A stretch of 64,000 nt of DNA, taken from the NCBI GenBank assembly GCA_964511305.1, contig CAZEEU010000004.1:4093-68092 (forward strand), in the 5' to 3' direction. The number at the start of each line of letters is the position of its first letter. The first letter of the stretch is position 1. Both the position numbers and the translations under genes were made by a program. The notes under the pieces were generated by a model. That model worked only from the letters and a program-made list of their open reading frames with translations, was not told where the DNA came from and did not search any database. Of the stretch, positions 1-10,217 are shown one piece after another. The stretch is from an uncultured Gammaproteobacteria bacterium (GTDB taxonomy: Bacteria > Patescibacteriota > Microgenomatia > Levybacterales > GWA1-39-11).

Positions 1-1
1 T

Positions 2-2110
2 GCTTTTGTAAGCAATTTCTCTCTCTCAAAAGATGAAGAAGAAAATGAAAAATTCAACATATACCTTCTCCTTGCTGGTATTTTCTCATTCGTTATAGGC
101 ATCTTTATTGCATCAGAACTTTCTAAAGAATATGCGAAAAGTGGCACCCCACAAGTTGGATGGATGCAGACGTTTTTCCTAATTGAAGCAGTGGTTTCCT
201 CATTTACCTTCTTTCATTTTGCCTTTAAATTTGGGACTCTCAAAAAATTCCTGGCAATATTGCTAACTTCGGGCGCAATAGTGGCGCTTTGGGGATTACC
301 ATCACATTTTGGCTATGATCCAACGTGTTTTATATTCAGAGGCACAATGGATGTTAGTTGTTGGACTGAAGCATTTCAACCAAAAATCCGTATGTTCTCA
401 ACGCTTGGACAGCCAAACTGGCTAGCAGCATTCTTATTGGTCCTGGTTCCTATTTCATCAGCATTGACTGTTAATGCAGCAAAAAAAGTCAATTTCAAAA
501 ATCCACTAACAAAAGCTGGACTCCTCTTCCTACTCCATCTGTCTCTGGCATTTCTTTTCTATCTTGATCTAGGATGGACACTTTCTCAGTCTGGCTTTGT
601 AGGGTTTTGGGTTGGAAATATTATATTCGTTCTAATTTTTGGAATACTTACATTAAGAAAACACAACTTCTCACTTATCACAACGCTAAAGCATAAAGGA
701 TTTTTGACTTTACTTATGCTGCAGGTTCTTTTCATCGCTACTATGTTTATAACTAAAAATCCAGTTGCCCAAATATATGTTAACTCAATAATGCAAAGAG
801 TTAACCAACCTCAACAGGGATCTTCAACGGCCCCTACTCCTCAAGCTGCAAAGCAACCTGTTGCAGCCCCTGCACAACCTGCATTGGAAGCTGGAATAAC
901 CGGATCAGGAGACATTAGAAAAATCGTATGGAAAGGCGCTGTTGATATTTGGAAAGCATATCCAGTCTTTGGAAGCGGCGTTGAAACGTATGCATTTGCA
1001 TATTATAAATTCAGACCGGCTGAGCATAATTTAACTTCTGAATGGGATTACCTCTATAACAAAGCTCACAATGAATTCCTTAATTACTTAGCAACAACAG
1101 GTGCTTTCGGACTGGGCACATACCTACTATTCATCGCCTCATTTCTCTTTTTTGCTTTCAAAATTATGGCAAAACAGTGGAAAAGAAAACTTATAGGCAA
1201 TCCTCTTTTACCTGCATTTATTGGTGGTTTTGTTGGAATTATGGTTAGCAATTTCTTTGGTTTTTCCGTTGTTATCGTCAACCTACTAACCTTCCTGTTG
1301 CCATTACTGTATTGGGCAAGCACAAAACCTGCTGAAAAATATCTACTAATTCCAAATGATTCAACCGAAGGGTATGTTACTTCCGAAAGTCCAGGAACAG
1401 GTAGAATTATGGTAATTATCGGAATTGGAGCTTTTTCGCTTTACTCAATTATTTTTCTTCTTAATTATTGGAATGCAGATGTTAACTATGGACTTGGATA
1501 TAACTATAATAGAATAAATGCTTTCCAACAAGCAAACCCTTCGTTGGAAGAAGCTGTAAAAATGCGGGGCGGGGAAGATCTTTATAAGAACGAGCTATCA
1601 GTAAATCTTGCAGCACTTGCATTAACAGCAGCTCAACAAAAAGATCTCAATACAGCATCTCAATACGCAACCCGCGCTAAGGATCTTAGCGACGAAGTAG
1701 CAAGAGATAACCCAAATAATGTTGTGTACTGGAAGGCAAGAACTCGCGTCATGTTCTCTCTTGCAGAACTTTCAACTTCTGTTTTACCAGATGCTGTCGC
1801 TGCTATTGAAAAGGCTAGAGAACTCGCACCAACCGATGCTAAGGTCGTATATAATGAAGCTCTTATATATGATCAGGTTGGCAGAAAAGCAGAAGCCAAA
1901 AAACTATTAGAATTAGCGATAAAATTAAAATCTAACTACCGTGATGCATATTATGCGCAAGCACTTTTCTTAACCCAAGAAGCAGAGCAAGAAAAAGACG
2001 CAACCATTAAAAGCCAGAAGAAAAAGCAAGCTTCAGACATACTTAATTTCGTATTAAAAAATGTTGCCCCCGGAGACAAACAGACAGAAGATCTTCTCAA
2101 GAGCTTGTAG
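2..2110 (+). CDS. O-antigen ligase (Wzy_C)-family membrane protein with C-terminal TPR repeats; 5'-partial
   Basis: Frame is open from base 2; STLGQPNWLAA, R..VW..A, FGSGVETY and NKAHNEFL motifs; TPR-like helices at the C-terminus. Confidence 0.85.
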   Translation, partial: AFVSNFSLSKDEEENEKFNIYLLLAGIFSFVIGIFIASELSKEYAKSGTPQVGWMQTFFLIEAVVSSFTFFHFAFKFGTLKKFLAILLTSGAIVALWGLPSHFGYDPTCFIFRGTMDVSCWTEAFQPKIRMFSTLGQPNWLAAFLLVLVPISSALTVNAAKKVNFKNPLTKAGLLFLLHLSLAFLFYLDLGWTLSQSGFVGFWVGNIIFVLIFGILTLRKHNFSLITTLKHKGFLTLLMLQVLFIATMFITKNPVAQIYVNSIMQRVNQPQQGSSTAPTPQAAKQPVAAPAQPALEAGITGSGDIRKIVWKGAVDIWKAYPVFGSGVETYAFAYYKFRPAEHNLTSEWDYLYNKAHNEFLNYLATTGAFGLGTYLLFIASFLFFAFKIMAKQWKRKLIGNPLLPAFIGGFVGIMVSNFFGFSVVIVNLLTFLLPLLYWASTKPAEKYLLIPNDSTEGYVTSESPGTGRIMVIIGIGAFSLYSIIFLLNYWNADVNYGLGYNYNRINAFQQANPSLEEAVKMRGGEDLYKNELSVNLAALALTAAQQKDLNTASQYATRAKDLSDEVARDNPNNVVYWKARTRVMFSLAELSTSVLPDAVAAIEKARELAPTDAKVVYNEALIYDQVGRKAEAKKLLELAIKLKSNYRDAYYAQALFLTQEAEQEKDATIKSQKKKQASDILNFVLKNVAPGDKQTEDLLKSL

Positions 2111-2155
2111 TATAATGCTAAAATCTCAAATTAACTTAATTTGATCGCAAAATTC

Positions 2156-2737
2156 ATGTACAAAATTGTTACTACACCAAATAAAATTCTTGTTGATAAA
2201 GCTTCTGATGTTAAGAAATTCGATAAGGAATTGAAAGAAATCATCAGTGGCATGGAACAGACCCTCCTTGCTACCAAGGACCCAATAGGAGTCGGTCTTG
2301 CTGCACCCCAAGTAGGTCTTCCACTACGAATTTTTCAAATGAAGCCAACTGAAAAATCTAGTGTAACGACATATATAAATCCAGTTATAGAAAAGTTTTC
2401 AGATGAATCCGAAATACCATCTTTTACAAATTCTGAAAAAACAGAAAAGAAAAAGCCTGAATCCTCCAGAAATAAGCTCTTGGAAGGTTGTCTTTCAATT
2501 CCTGACATATGGGGAAATGTAACGAGGAAAAAAACTCTTACTATGTCCTGGTGCGACGAACATGGCAATAGGCTTACAAAAGAATTTACCGGCTTTCCTG
2601 CAATTATTATTCAACATGAGGTGGACCATTTAAACGGTGTACTTTTTACAAAACACGTCATGGAACAAGGAGAGAAATTATTCAAATCTCACAAAAATGC
2701 TGAAGGTGAAGACGAGTTTGAGGAAATTTCAATTTAA
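2156..2737 (+). CDS. def: Peptide deformylase
   Basis: GVGLAAPQVG, EGCLS and QHEVDHLNG motifs; ATG 2156 chosen as start. Confidence 0.97.
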   Translation: MYKIVTTPNKILVDKASDVKKFDKELKEIISGMEQTLLATKDPIGVGLAAPQVGLPLRIFQMKPTEKSSVTTYINPVIEKFSDESEIPSFTNSEKTEKKKPESSRNKLLEGCLSIPDIWGNVTRKKTLTMSWCDEHGNRLTKEFTGFPAIIIQHEVDHLNGVLFTKHVMEQGEKLFKSHKNAEGEDEFEEISI

Positions 2738-2743
2738 ATATAG

Positions 2744-3958
2744 CTAGAGAAGAAATCTCTTCCCAAGTTTCTCACATATAAATTTATAACCCCAAATATA
2801 GATAATAAGACCAACTGGAATGGTTGCAATAAAAAGTTTTGGATAATATCCCAACGGGAACTCTACTAATAGTAGTGATGCCAATGACATAACCGATAGC
2901 AACTCTACTTTCTTGATTTTGTCAAAATAAATAAATACAAATAAAATTGCCGGTACTAACGCACTTAGAAAATACCTAAATGAAGATGTCATTATGTGTG
3001 TTTGATTTGCAGATGGAAGATTGATAAAAAATAAAGTCAAAACAAACGCAAGAAATAGCAATCTAAATGGCAGTTTCAATTTCCTTGTTTCTTTCGTTCT
3101 GAAATATTGAATTATTACTCCTGGAATTATGAGCGACCATGCAAGAAATTCTGAAACAAAACTATTTAACGTAGAAAGCAGTCCACTCAAAGAACCTGTT
3201 ATTACTTTCGCTACAGTTAAATTCAATATTGCTGACTGCCCTCCTTTAAAAAATAAAAATGCTTGGGGGTATAAAGGGTTCCCGGTTAATAAAATATTTC
3301 TTATATACCATGAGAAACCAAATATACTAATCGGGATCAAGAAAGAAAACATTCGTGAAATATTTACAAAAGGTAAAATTTTCTTGGCATAAAAGATGAG
3401 CAATATAATTGCAATAAAAGGTGCACTGTATTTGCTTCCTATCAATAATCCTAACGCCAAACCAAGCTTTAAAAAATATTTCGCGGACTTCTTTGGTTTT
3501 TCTAAAAATATTAATGACAACAAAAAGAAATTCAAAAGCCAGATGTCTGCAATTTGAGTATCTGCCCATCTGAGGATTGCATTTAGTGTACATATAGTAA
3601 CAGCAAAAATTATACTGGTATGGATATTTAACCTAAAAATAATTCCCAAACGTATACAGATAAACAATAGGGTTAGAATTCCGAAAGCATTAAAAAGGCC
3701 AAGTGGAATTCCTTCGAGATAAAAAACGCTCAAAAGAGCCTCTGTATTTCCAGGATAATATTTTGTGTGCTTTACTGCTAGATTGTGTGCCGGATTTATT
3801 ATATTTCCAGAAATAAAGGACTTGGCAATTGGAATGTGGTAGTCAACGCTATCGCCCTCACTTGGAGTTGTAATAATACATTTATAAATAACCTGAATAA
3901 ATATGCACGCAAAAATAATAAGAAATACTTTACCTAATAACGCCTGCTCAAATTTCAC
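2744..3958 (-). CDS. Multi-pass membrane protein, GT-C/ArnT-like glycosyltransferase
   Basis: GDSVDYHIP, K-Y/S motif and WYIRN..LTGNPLYP; many TM segments. Confidence 0.6.
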   Translation of the reverse strand: MKFEQALLGKVFLIIFACIFIQVIYKCIITTPSEGDSVDYHIPIAKSFISGNIINPAHNLAVKHTKYYPGNTEALLSVFYLEGIPLGLFNAFGILTLLFICIRLGIIFRLNIHTSIIFAVTICTLNAILRWADTQIADIWLLNFFLLSLIFLEKPKKSAKYFLKLGLALGLLIGSKYSAPFIAIILLIFYAKKILPFVNISRMFSFLIPISIFGFSWYIRNILLTGNPLYPQAFLFFKGGQSAILNLTVAKVITGSLSGLLSTLNSFVSEFLAWSLIIPGVIIQYFRTKETRKLKLPFRLLFLAFVLTLFFINLPSANQTHIMTSSFRYFLSALVPAILFVFIYFDKIKKVELLSVMSLASLLLVEFPLGYYPKLFIATIPVGLIIYIWGYKFICEKLGKRFLL

Positions 3959-3980
3959 ACACTCATTATATAATATAGAA

Positions 3981-4844
3981 ATGAATCAAAATGTCGTATT
4001 TTTCGGTAGCGGTTGGTACACAATACCAGTCGTAAAAAAACTTATTCCTCTCGGTCTTGATCTGGTTGTCACGACTGAAAAAAATCCTGATTCACTTTTC
4101 TTAAAATTTTGCAATGAAAATAACTTGAAAACAATTCAAGTTTCAAATGCATCTGAAATCATTAATCAAAAATCATTAATCATTAATCACAACGTAGCCA
4201 TCCTGGCTTCTTTTGGAGAAATAATTCCCCAAAGCCTTATTGATACTTTACCTCATGGAGTTATAAATATTCACCCTTCTCTACTTCCTAAGTTCAAGGG
4301 ACCATCTCCAATTCAATACACTCTTCTTAGTGGAGATCCTATAACTGGAGTTAGTATCATAAAACTTGATGACAAAGTTGATCACGGACCAATTCTTGCG
4401 CAACAACCATATAGCCTTACTGGAAACGAAACCGCGGAAGATCTTCTATCAATACTTTTTGAGATTGGTGCAGACTTAACTGAAGATATTGTGACAAAGA
4501 TACAAAAAGGAGAAAAGATAGCAGAAACTCCGCAAGATCATACACTCGAATCATGGTCATATAAAATAAAAAAGAATGACGGATATATCGATATATCGAC
4601 GCTTTCATCTTCAGAGTTAGAACTTAGAAATTTTAAATTAGAACTTGCTCGCAAAGTGCGAGCATATTATCCATGGCCTGGTGTATGGTTTATTGCAAGA
4701 ATTAAGGACAAAGAATTAAGAATTAAGCTACTTCCAGAGAACAAGATACAACCAGAGGGAAAGAATCCGATGAGCTATAAAGATTTTCTTAACGGATATG
4801 AAGAGGAAGGAAGAAATCTTTTAATCAAACTAGGACTTGTTTAG
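3981..4844 (+). CDS. fmt: Methionyl-tRNA formyltransferase
   Basis: INIHPSLLPKFKGPSPIQ, DHGPILAQ and RAYYPWPG; TATAAT just upstream of ATG 3981. Confidence 0.95.
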   Translation: MNQNVVFFGSGWYTIPVVKKLIPLGLDLVVTTEKNPDSLFLKFCNENNLKTIQVSNASEIINQKSLIINHNVAILASFGEIIPQSLIDTLPHGVINIHPSLLPKFKGPSPIQYTLLSGDPITGVSIIKLDDKVDHGPILAQQPYSLTGNETAEDLLSILFEIGADLTEDIVTKIQKGEKIAETPQDHTLESWSYKIKKNDGYIDISTLSSSELELRNFKLELARKVRAYYPWPGVWFIARIKDKELRIKLLPENKIQPEGKNPMSYKDFLNGYEEEGRNLLIKLGLV

Positions 4845-4932
4845 ATTATAAAGACTTTCTAAATGGATTCGGAGAAAAAGGAAAAGAATTGCTAGGAAAA
4901 TTAAATCTTATTTAATGGGAGTTTACTTTAAA

Positions 4933-5172
4933 TTAAGCAGTAGCTACTGGAATTGTTGATGTCTGAGCTTTTTGTTCTACCAATGCTTCAGCTGCTTTCT
5001 TAAAAAGTCTAATACATTTTGTGCAAAGTTTTGCATTCACTTTTCTCCCCATCACAACAACAGTCTTATTGTGAAGATTTGGTTTCCAAGTTCTATTACT
5101 TCGGTTTTTTGCATGAGACACTTTGTGTCCGTACATGATACCTTTGCTGCAGTTGTCGCATTTCATTGCCAT
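4933..5172 (-). CDS. rpmB: 50S ribosomal protein L28
   Basis: CDNC, VSHAKNRSNRTWKPNL and CTKC motifs. Confidence 0.96.
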   Translation of the reverse strand: MAMKCDNCSKGIMYGHKVSHAKNRSNRTWKPNLHNKTVVVMGRKVNAKLCTKCIRLFKKAAEALVEQKAQTSTIPVATA

Positions 5173-5257
5173 ATCCGGTAATTATAATGGAATTGAGCGT
5201 AATATTCAATCCTTATTCGCATATCAACATCAAACAGCAACAATTAAGAATTAGACA

Positions 5258-5281
5258 CAAAAAAACCGAGCTAGGCTCGGT
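5258..5281 (-). terminator. Intrinsic terminator of rplJ-rplL
   Basis: ACCGAGC-3nt-GCTCGGT hairpin followed by a T-run on the minus strand. Confidence 0.8.
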
Positions 5282-5323
5282 CCTTTTGTAAGCAAGTGAA
5301 GCTCAAGTGAAGTTTAACTTCGC

Positions 5324-5719
5324 TTATTTCAATTCAACAGTTGCTCCCGCAGCTGTTAATTTTTCTTTTGCTTCATCTGCTGTTTTCTTGTTAACCTGCA
5401 TCAAAACTTCTTTTGGAGCAGCATCAACTAAGTCTTTCGCTTCTTTAAGTCCCAATGTTGGGGCCAATTCGCGAAGAGTCTTAATAACGCCTAGTTTGTT
5501 AGCTCCTGATGCAGTAATGACGACATTAAAGATTGTCTGCTCTTCTTCAGGTTCTGCTGCTTCTCCTCCTGCTGCTGCTCCTGCTGGAGCTGCTGCCATC
5601 ATAGGGGCTGCTGCTGTTACACCGAATTTCTCTTCCAATGCTTTTACAAGCTCTGAAAGTTCTAGAACTGACATTTCCTCAATTGCTTTTAGTAAATCTT
5701 CTTGTGATAGTTTTGCCAT
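5324..5719 (-). CDS. rplL: 50S ribosomal protein L7/L12
   Basis: [16 protein letters not shown] and [11 protein letters not shown]; AGGAGGTG SD. Confidence 0.98.
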   Translation of the reverse strand: MAKLSQEDLLKAIEEMSVLELSELVKALEEKFGVTAAAPMMAAAPAGAAAGGEAAEPEEEQTIFNVVITASGANKLGVIKTLRELAPTLGLKEAKDLVDAAPKEVLMQVNKKTADEAKEKLTAAGATVELK

Positions 5720-5803
5720 AATATGTCGTCACCTCCTTTTTGAGCGTAAAGTATTCAGTAAACAGCGTTCAGTTTTTATTAACTGTACGCTATGCGCTGT
5801 TAA

Positions 5804-6328
5804 CTAAACGCTAGCATTTCCTTTCTTTTCTTCAATTGCTTTTAACAATTGTGCTAATTTCTGAGTATTGAAATTTAAGTCATATACAAGACTTGTAATT
5901 GGTGAATTGAGTAATCCCAAAAGCTTTGCAAGAAGAACCTCTTTTGGAGGAATTGTTGAAAGCGTTGTGATTTTACCTTCATCGATTATTGCATCTTCAA
6001 AAATTCCAAACTTAACAACTGGAAGTTGATATTTTTTATTGAATGCAAGAATTGTCTTTGCTGCTCCAATTGGATCTTCATTTGCAAAAATTACAGCATG
6101 TGGTCCTTTTAATTTTTCAGATGCGTCAATCTTTTTTTCCTGGAGAGCAATATTTACTAATGTATTTTTTAGAATAGCTGCCTCAGCTTTCACCTTAGCA
6201 AGTTCATTTCTGAATTCTTCTAATTGAATATGTGTAAGTCCAGCATAATCAACTAAAAAGATAGCTTGGGCTACAGCTAGCTTAGCCTTAATATCTTCGA
6301 GCGATGTTATATTTTTTTGTGATGCCAT
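5804..6328 (-). CDS. rplJ: 50S ribosomal protein L10
   Basis: DYAGLT and KNTL motifs; upstream of rplL. Confidence 0.96.
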   Translation of the reverse strand: MASQKNITSLEDIKAKLAVAQAIFLVDYAGLTHIQLEEFRNELAKVKAEAAILKNTLVNIALQEKKIDASEKLKGPHAVIFANEDPIGAAKTILAFNKKYQLPVVKFGIFEDAIIDEGKITTLSTIPPKEVLLAKLLGLLNSPITSLVYDLNFNTQKLAQLLKAIEEKKGNASV

Positions 6329-6337
6329 ATATTTTTT

Positions 6338-6428
6338 GCAAAAAAAAACGTCGATCCTTCGACGTTTGAAAACTTTCGTTCTCCTCGGTGAGATTTCTGT
6401 CTGTCACACACTCACTGTCTTTGGAATA
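6338..6428 (-). promoter_or_regulatory. L10 ribosomal-protein leader with attenuator hairpin
   Basis: Minus strand CCAAAGACAGTGAG...CTCACCGAGG matches the L10-leader kink-turn pattern; followed by AACGTCGA-AGGA-TCGACGTT plus a T-run before rplJ. Confidence 0.8.
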
Positions 6429-6463
6429 ATTGAAATTCTAACACAAAACCATCTATATATCAA

Positions 6464-8101
6464 TTATAGTTTAAATCCAAGTTCACGAAGAGCATCAGAA
6501 GTCCTTGGAAAAATTCTATTTTCCTTCTCTAATTTCTTATAATGCTTACTTTTTTGAAGTAACGGTAATATCATGTTACTTACGCCAGTAATGTATACGT
6601 TGATACCTCTCTTCTCAAGTATTTCAATTATTTCTTCAAAAGCATCGACACCGTCAAGGTCTATAAAGTACAACTCTCTCATTCTCAGAATTATATTTTT
6701 GTGATGATCATGTTCAGTCTCAAATCTACTAACATGCTCCTGACTATCTATATAAGTAAAATGCCCTTTGATCGAATATACAACAGTGTGGGAATCTTTT
6801 ATAAAATCTTCAGCCTTAGAACTTATAACTCTTCCTATCATTTTTTTATTTGCATCATTTGCAATTACTTCAAATTGTCCCCGGGATAAATTTTCGAGGA
6901 ATAAAAACATCGAGATTGCTGCCCCAACTAATATTCCCATAATTGGATCTTCGTAAACCGTTATAAATGCGACAACCATTGCTATCCAAAAACTTTTCTT
7001 GTCTATGCGGTACATTCTTACAAGATGCTCTTTTTCAATCATTCTTACAGCAACTGTAACAAGTATTGCGGCAATTACTGTAAGCGGCAAAAACTTAAAG
7101 TATGGAAGCAGAAAAAATGATATTAGGATTATTGCAATTGCGTTAACTATTCCCGAGGTTTTGTTCGTTGCCCCACTTTTTATATTGAGCGATGTTCTCG
7201 CCAGAGCCGCAGTTGCCGGTATTCCGCCTGCAATGCCAGAGGCCAAATTTGCAATACCTAATCCCAACATTTCTTTTCTTTTATTATGTTTTGTCTTAGT
7301 CATAGAGTCAGCAATACGCGCAGACAGCATTGTCTCAATTATTGCTATCAATGCTACAGTTAAGGCGGTTGCGATGAAATTCCAGTTATATGGCACGGTT
7401 AAATTAGGAAAAATAAAAAGTTGAGCTGATAAATCAGAGTATCTAGAACCTAACGTTTGAAGGGTAAATGGCAAGGCATTCGTTGAGGAAGCATACCCTA
7501 AAAGGATTCCAATGAACGCAAATATAACCGTTGCAGGCAAACTAGCAATTATTTTTATCCGACTTCTAAATTTTTCTGTAATAAATATTCCAAGAAAAAA
7601 TAGAACAAACACAATTAATGATTCGAAGGATATCTTGTCGATATGTCTCAAGGATTCAAGGATGTTGTCTATAAATTTTTCGTGCCCAGGCAATTTAGGA
7701 TAGCCTAATGCAAAATTTGTTTGGTTCATGCCAATGATAAATGCCACTCCTAAAGTAAATCCTTGAATGGTATTTGCAGGAATAAAAACTAAATATCTCT
7801 CAAGCCTCAAGACCCACGATAAGATAACTACGACTCCAGTAGCAATAGCCAAAACTGCTAGACTTTGAGCTCCATTAATAAAAGCGTATGTTGCCAGAAT
7901 GCCAGACAGTGCGCCAGTAGGACCCACTATATTGAAATTTGAACCACCGAAAATTGCTGCAAATAATCCTGCCCATATAGCCGTTATTATTCCAGCCACA
8001 GGAGTAGAACCTGCTGCTATAGCTAGGGAAACCGACAAAGGAATCGAGACAAGAGAAACAGTAACACCAGATTTCCAGTTTTGTTTTAAATTATTGAACA
8101 T
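6464..8101 (-). CDS. SulP-family anion transporter with STAS domain
   Basis: GPTGA and ATAALARTSLN motifs; C-terminal STAS (FIDLDGVDAF). Confidence 0.92.
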   Translation of the reverse strand: MFNNLKQNWKSGVTVSLVSIPLSVSLAIAAGSTPVAGIITAIWAGLFAAIFGGSNFNIVGPTGALSGILATYAFINGAQSLAVLAIATGVVVILSWVLRLERYLVFIPANTIQGFTLGVAFIIGMNQTNFALGYPKLPGHEKFIDNILESLRHIDKISFESLIVFVLFFLGIFITEKFRSRIKIIASLPATVIFAFIGILLGYASSTNALPFTLQTLGSRYSDLSAQLFIFPNLTVPYNWNFIATALTVALIAIIETMLSARIADSMTKTKHNKRKEMLGLGIANLASGIAGGIPATAALARTSLNIKSGATNKTSGIVNAIAIILISFFLLPYFKFLPLTVIAAILVTVAVRMIEKEHLVRMYRIDKKSFWIAMVVAFITVYEDPIMGILVGAAISMFLFLENLSRGQFEVIANDANKKMIGRVISSKAEDFIKDSHTVVYSIKGHFTYIDSQEHVSRFETEHDHHKNIILRMRELYFIDLDGVDAFEEIIEILEKRGINVYITGVSNMILPLLQKSKHYKKLEKENRIFPRTSDALRELGFKL

Positions 8102-8171
8102 GCTTATTAAAAATCATATTTAGTAGTACTCCAACTTTAAATGATCTAGATCATGGTGTTATGATAAAATT

Positions 8172-8798
8172 ATGATACGAGAACCTTTCTTAGGTCATAA
8201 GCCTTCTCATTACCTACAGGTCGATCCGATCGTTAAAGCCTACATAGTTTCAGAATGTTTTTTGTGGTCTTCATGGAGTTTTATTACTCCAATTTTTGCA
8301 ATTTTTGCGACACAAAATATAGTCGGAAGCTCTATTGAGCTGGCTGCATCAAGCTATAGCTGCTACTTTATAGCCCGTGTTGTTGCAGAGCTTATTAGTG
8401 CACGTTTTTTCTCAAAGAAAAGTGACAGAAGTAAAATTATTACAACAATCTCTGGCCTTCTTTTGTTGTCATGTGCATGGTTTGCTTTTTCATTTGCAAC
8501 GAATATTCTGCAATTATTCTCATTCTATGCACTTGCGGGCATTGGGCTAGGACTTGCTGCTCCTGCAAAAAATGCACTTTTTTCAATACATCTTGATAAA
8601 AATAAAGAAGCTTCTGAATGGAGCATTGCTGATGCCTCTTCTTTTATTTCTATGGCTCTTGCAACGGCACTTGGAGGATTTATTGCAGCTGCTTATGGAT
8701 TTAGATTACTTTTTATAATTGCCGGTCTTGTCAATCTTTTTGCTATCCCTCCGTATTTACTGTACTTAAATAGAAAAAAACGAAAAGATATCGAGTAG
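8172..8798 (+). CDS. Half-size (6-TM) MFS transporter
   Basis: MFS-like helices with GIGLG..APA and LGGFIA..YGFR. Confidence 0.75.
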   Translation: MIREPFLGHKPSHYLQVDPIVKAYIVSECFLWSSWSFITPIFAIFATQNIVGSSIELAASSYSCYFIARVVAELISARFFSKKSDRSKIITTISGLLLLSCAWFAFSFATNILQLFSFYALAGIGLGLAAPAKNALFSIHLDKNKEASEWSIADASSFISMALATALGGFIAAAYGFRLLFIIAGLVNLFAIPPYLLYLNRKKRKDIE

Positions 8799-8806
8799 AA
8801 GAAGAT

Positions 8807-10126
8807 TTATCTATATATACCTGCTGTGAATGCACATTTTCTACCAGCAGGAACCACTTCTGGTCCTAGTGTTACTTCAGTTGCTGTAAGAGCAACTGAT
8901 GGCAACTTGTCTGCATTTGGGTTTCCTTCAGCAACATACTTAACGCAAACTCTGTTATACCAATCTACGTATTCAAGACTTATGGCTTTTTTGCGAAGAT
9001 AAGAGGCAAATTTTCCTGGAACAACAAAGTCCTGGGCAATAATCCTAATTCCTTGTTGTAGCAATTTTTCAAGTTCATTCCATCTTTCATCGCTCCCCTG
9101 TTCTACTGAAGGATCAGGAATCGCAACCCCTTTTGACCTATTGATAAGATATGCTTTCTCACCAGCCCAACTAACTTTAACAACTTTTCCTTTCTTTCTT
9201 GCTTGTCTTAATTCTTCAACTGAGTTGATGAAATAAGAAGGTATGAGAATATTGCGTAATCTACGATTCCGGGCTTTCCCCAGTTGCTCTTCCCAAAATT
9301 TTTCTAACTCATCATCAAAGAATAAGGCAAAAACACCCTTATTAACAAATGCGTTATTGACCCCGGCTGATATAACCTGTTCTCTCTTAAGCCCCATGTC
9401 GTAAAATTTTTGTGGTGGGTAAGATGTTTCGACAATTACTCCTGCGTACTCTTCCCACTTTGGCTTTACACTTCCCTCAACAATATGATTCTCGTTGATG
9501 TGATCTATTTTTAACTTACTATTAGAAACTTTCTCAATAAAGTTGATGAATCTATTAGCATTTGTGTTGTGTTGATTATCAACTCTAATGTGGGCAATTT
9601 TATACGGATCTACCTTATTACTATCAGACATTTTTATCAAAGTAGTTGCTATCTTTGCAGCAGTTGAATCATTCAAATTTTGAATACCATATGCCACTTG
9701 CTCTGCAATCATAAGAGCGCTTGCACCATCTTGACCTTCAATCTCATTTACTTTTGACCTACCTCTTGAGTCTATGATTACGTCTATTCTCCAGGTGGGA
9801 GGTATTCTAAAATCTAAGTCGTCTGCTAATTTCTTCTTTACGTTGGTGGGTAGTTTTTGAAGCGCTTTTGCCAAATGGAGAAGATCATTTCCGAGTAAAG
9901 TCAATTTCTTTTCAGAATTTCTTGGCATTAAGACTGGTTCTGCTGGAATGCGAAAAGTGGGCTCTTTATTTTCTTCCTTGCCATAGAATGGACCAAGATC
10001 TTTTATCACTTCGTATGCGTAATTGGCAGATGATACCAACCCGTCAAATTTCTCAAGTGAAAGGTTCAAGCTTCTGGCCATCACCTTGCGATCATGATCA
10101 TGTACTTCTTGATTGCTATGGGACAT
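8807..10126 (-). CDS. Putative ATP-grasp amide ligase (glutathionylspermidine-synthase-like)
   Basis: RIDV...KVNEIEG, NKG, VVK...SKGV and IAQDFV motifs. Confidence 0.55.
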   Translation of the reverse strand: MSHSNQEVHDHDRKVMARSLNLSLEKFDGLVSSANYAYEVIKDLGPFYGKEENKEPTFRIPAEPVLMPRNSEKKLTLLGNDLLHLAKALQKLPTNVKKKLADDLDFRIPPTWRIDVIIDSRGRSKVNEIEGQDGASALMIAEQVAYGIQNLNDSTAAKIATTLIKMSDSNKVDPYKIAHIRVDNQHNTNANRFINFIEKVSNSKLKIDHINENHIVEGSVKPKWEEYAGVIVETSYPPQKFYDMGLKREQVISAGVNNAFVNKGVFALFFDDELEKFWEEQLGKARNRRLRNILIPSYFINSVEELRQARKKGKVVKVSWAGEKAYLINRSKGVAIPDPSVEQGSDERWNELEKLLQQGIRIIAQDFVVPGKFASYLRKKAISLEYVDWYNRVCVKYVAEGNPNADKLPSVALTATEVTLGPEVVPAGRKCAFTAGIYR

Positions 10127-10217
10127 AACTTTTTTCTAAGCAAATTATTATAGTTGAAACTGGCTATAAAATCAATTAGATTGAACAAGTTCAAAACAGC
10201 ATGTATAATACACTTAC

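Noticed and set aside
5307-5807. Antisense ORFs over rplL and other core genes
   Set aside because: They are shadows of well-supported genes on the opposite strand
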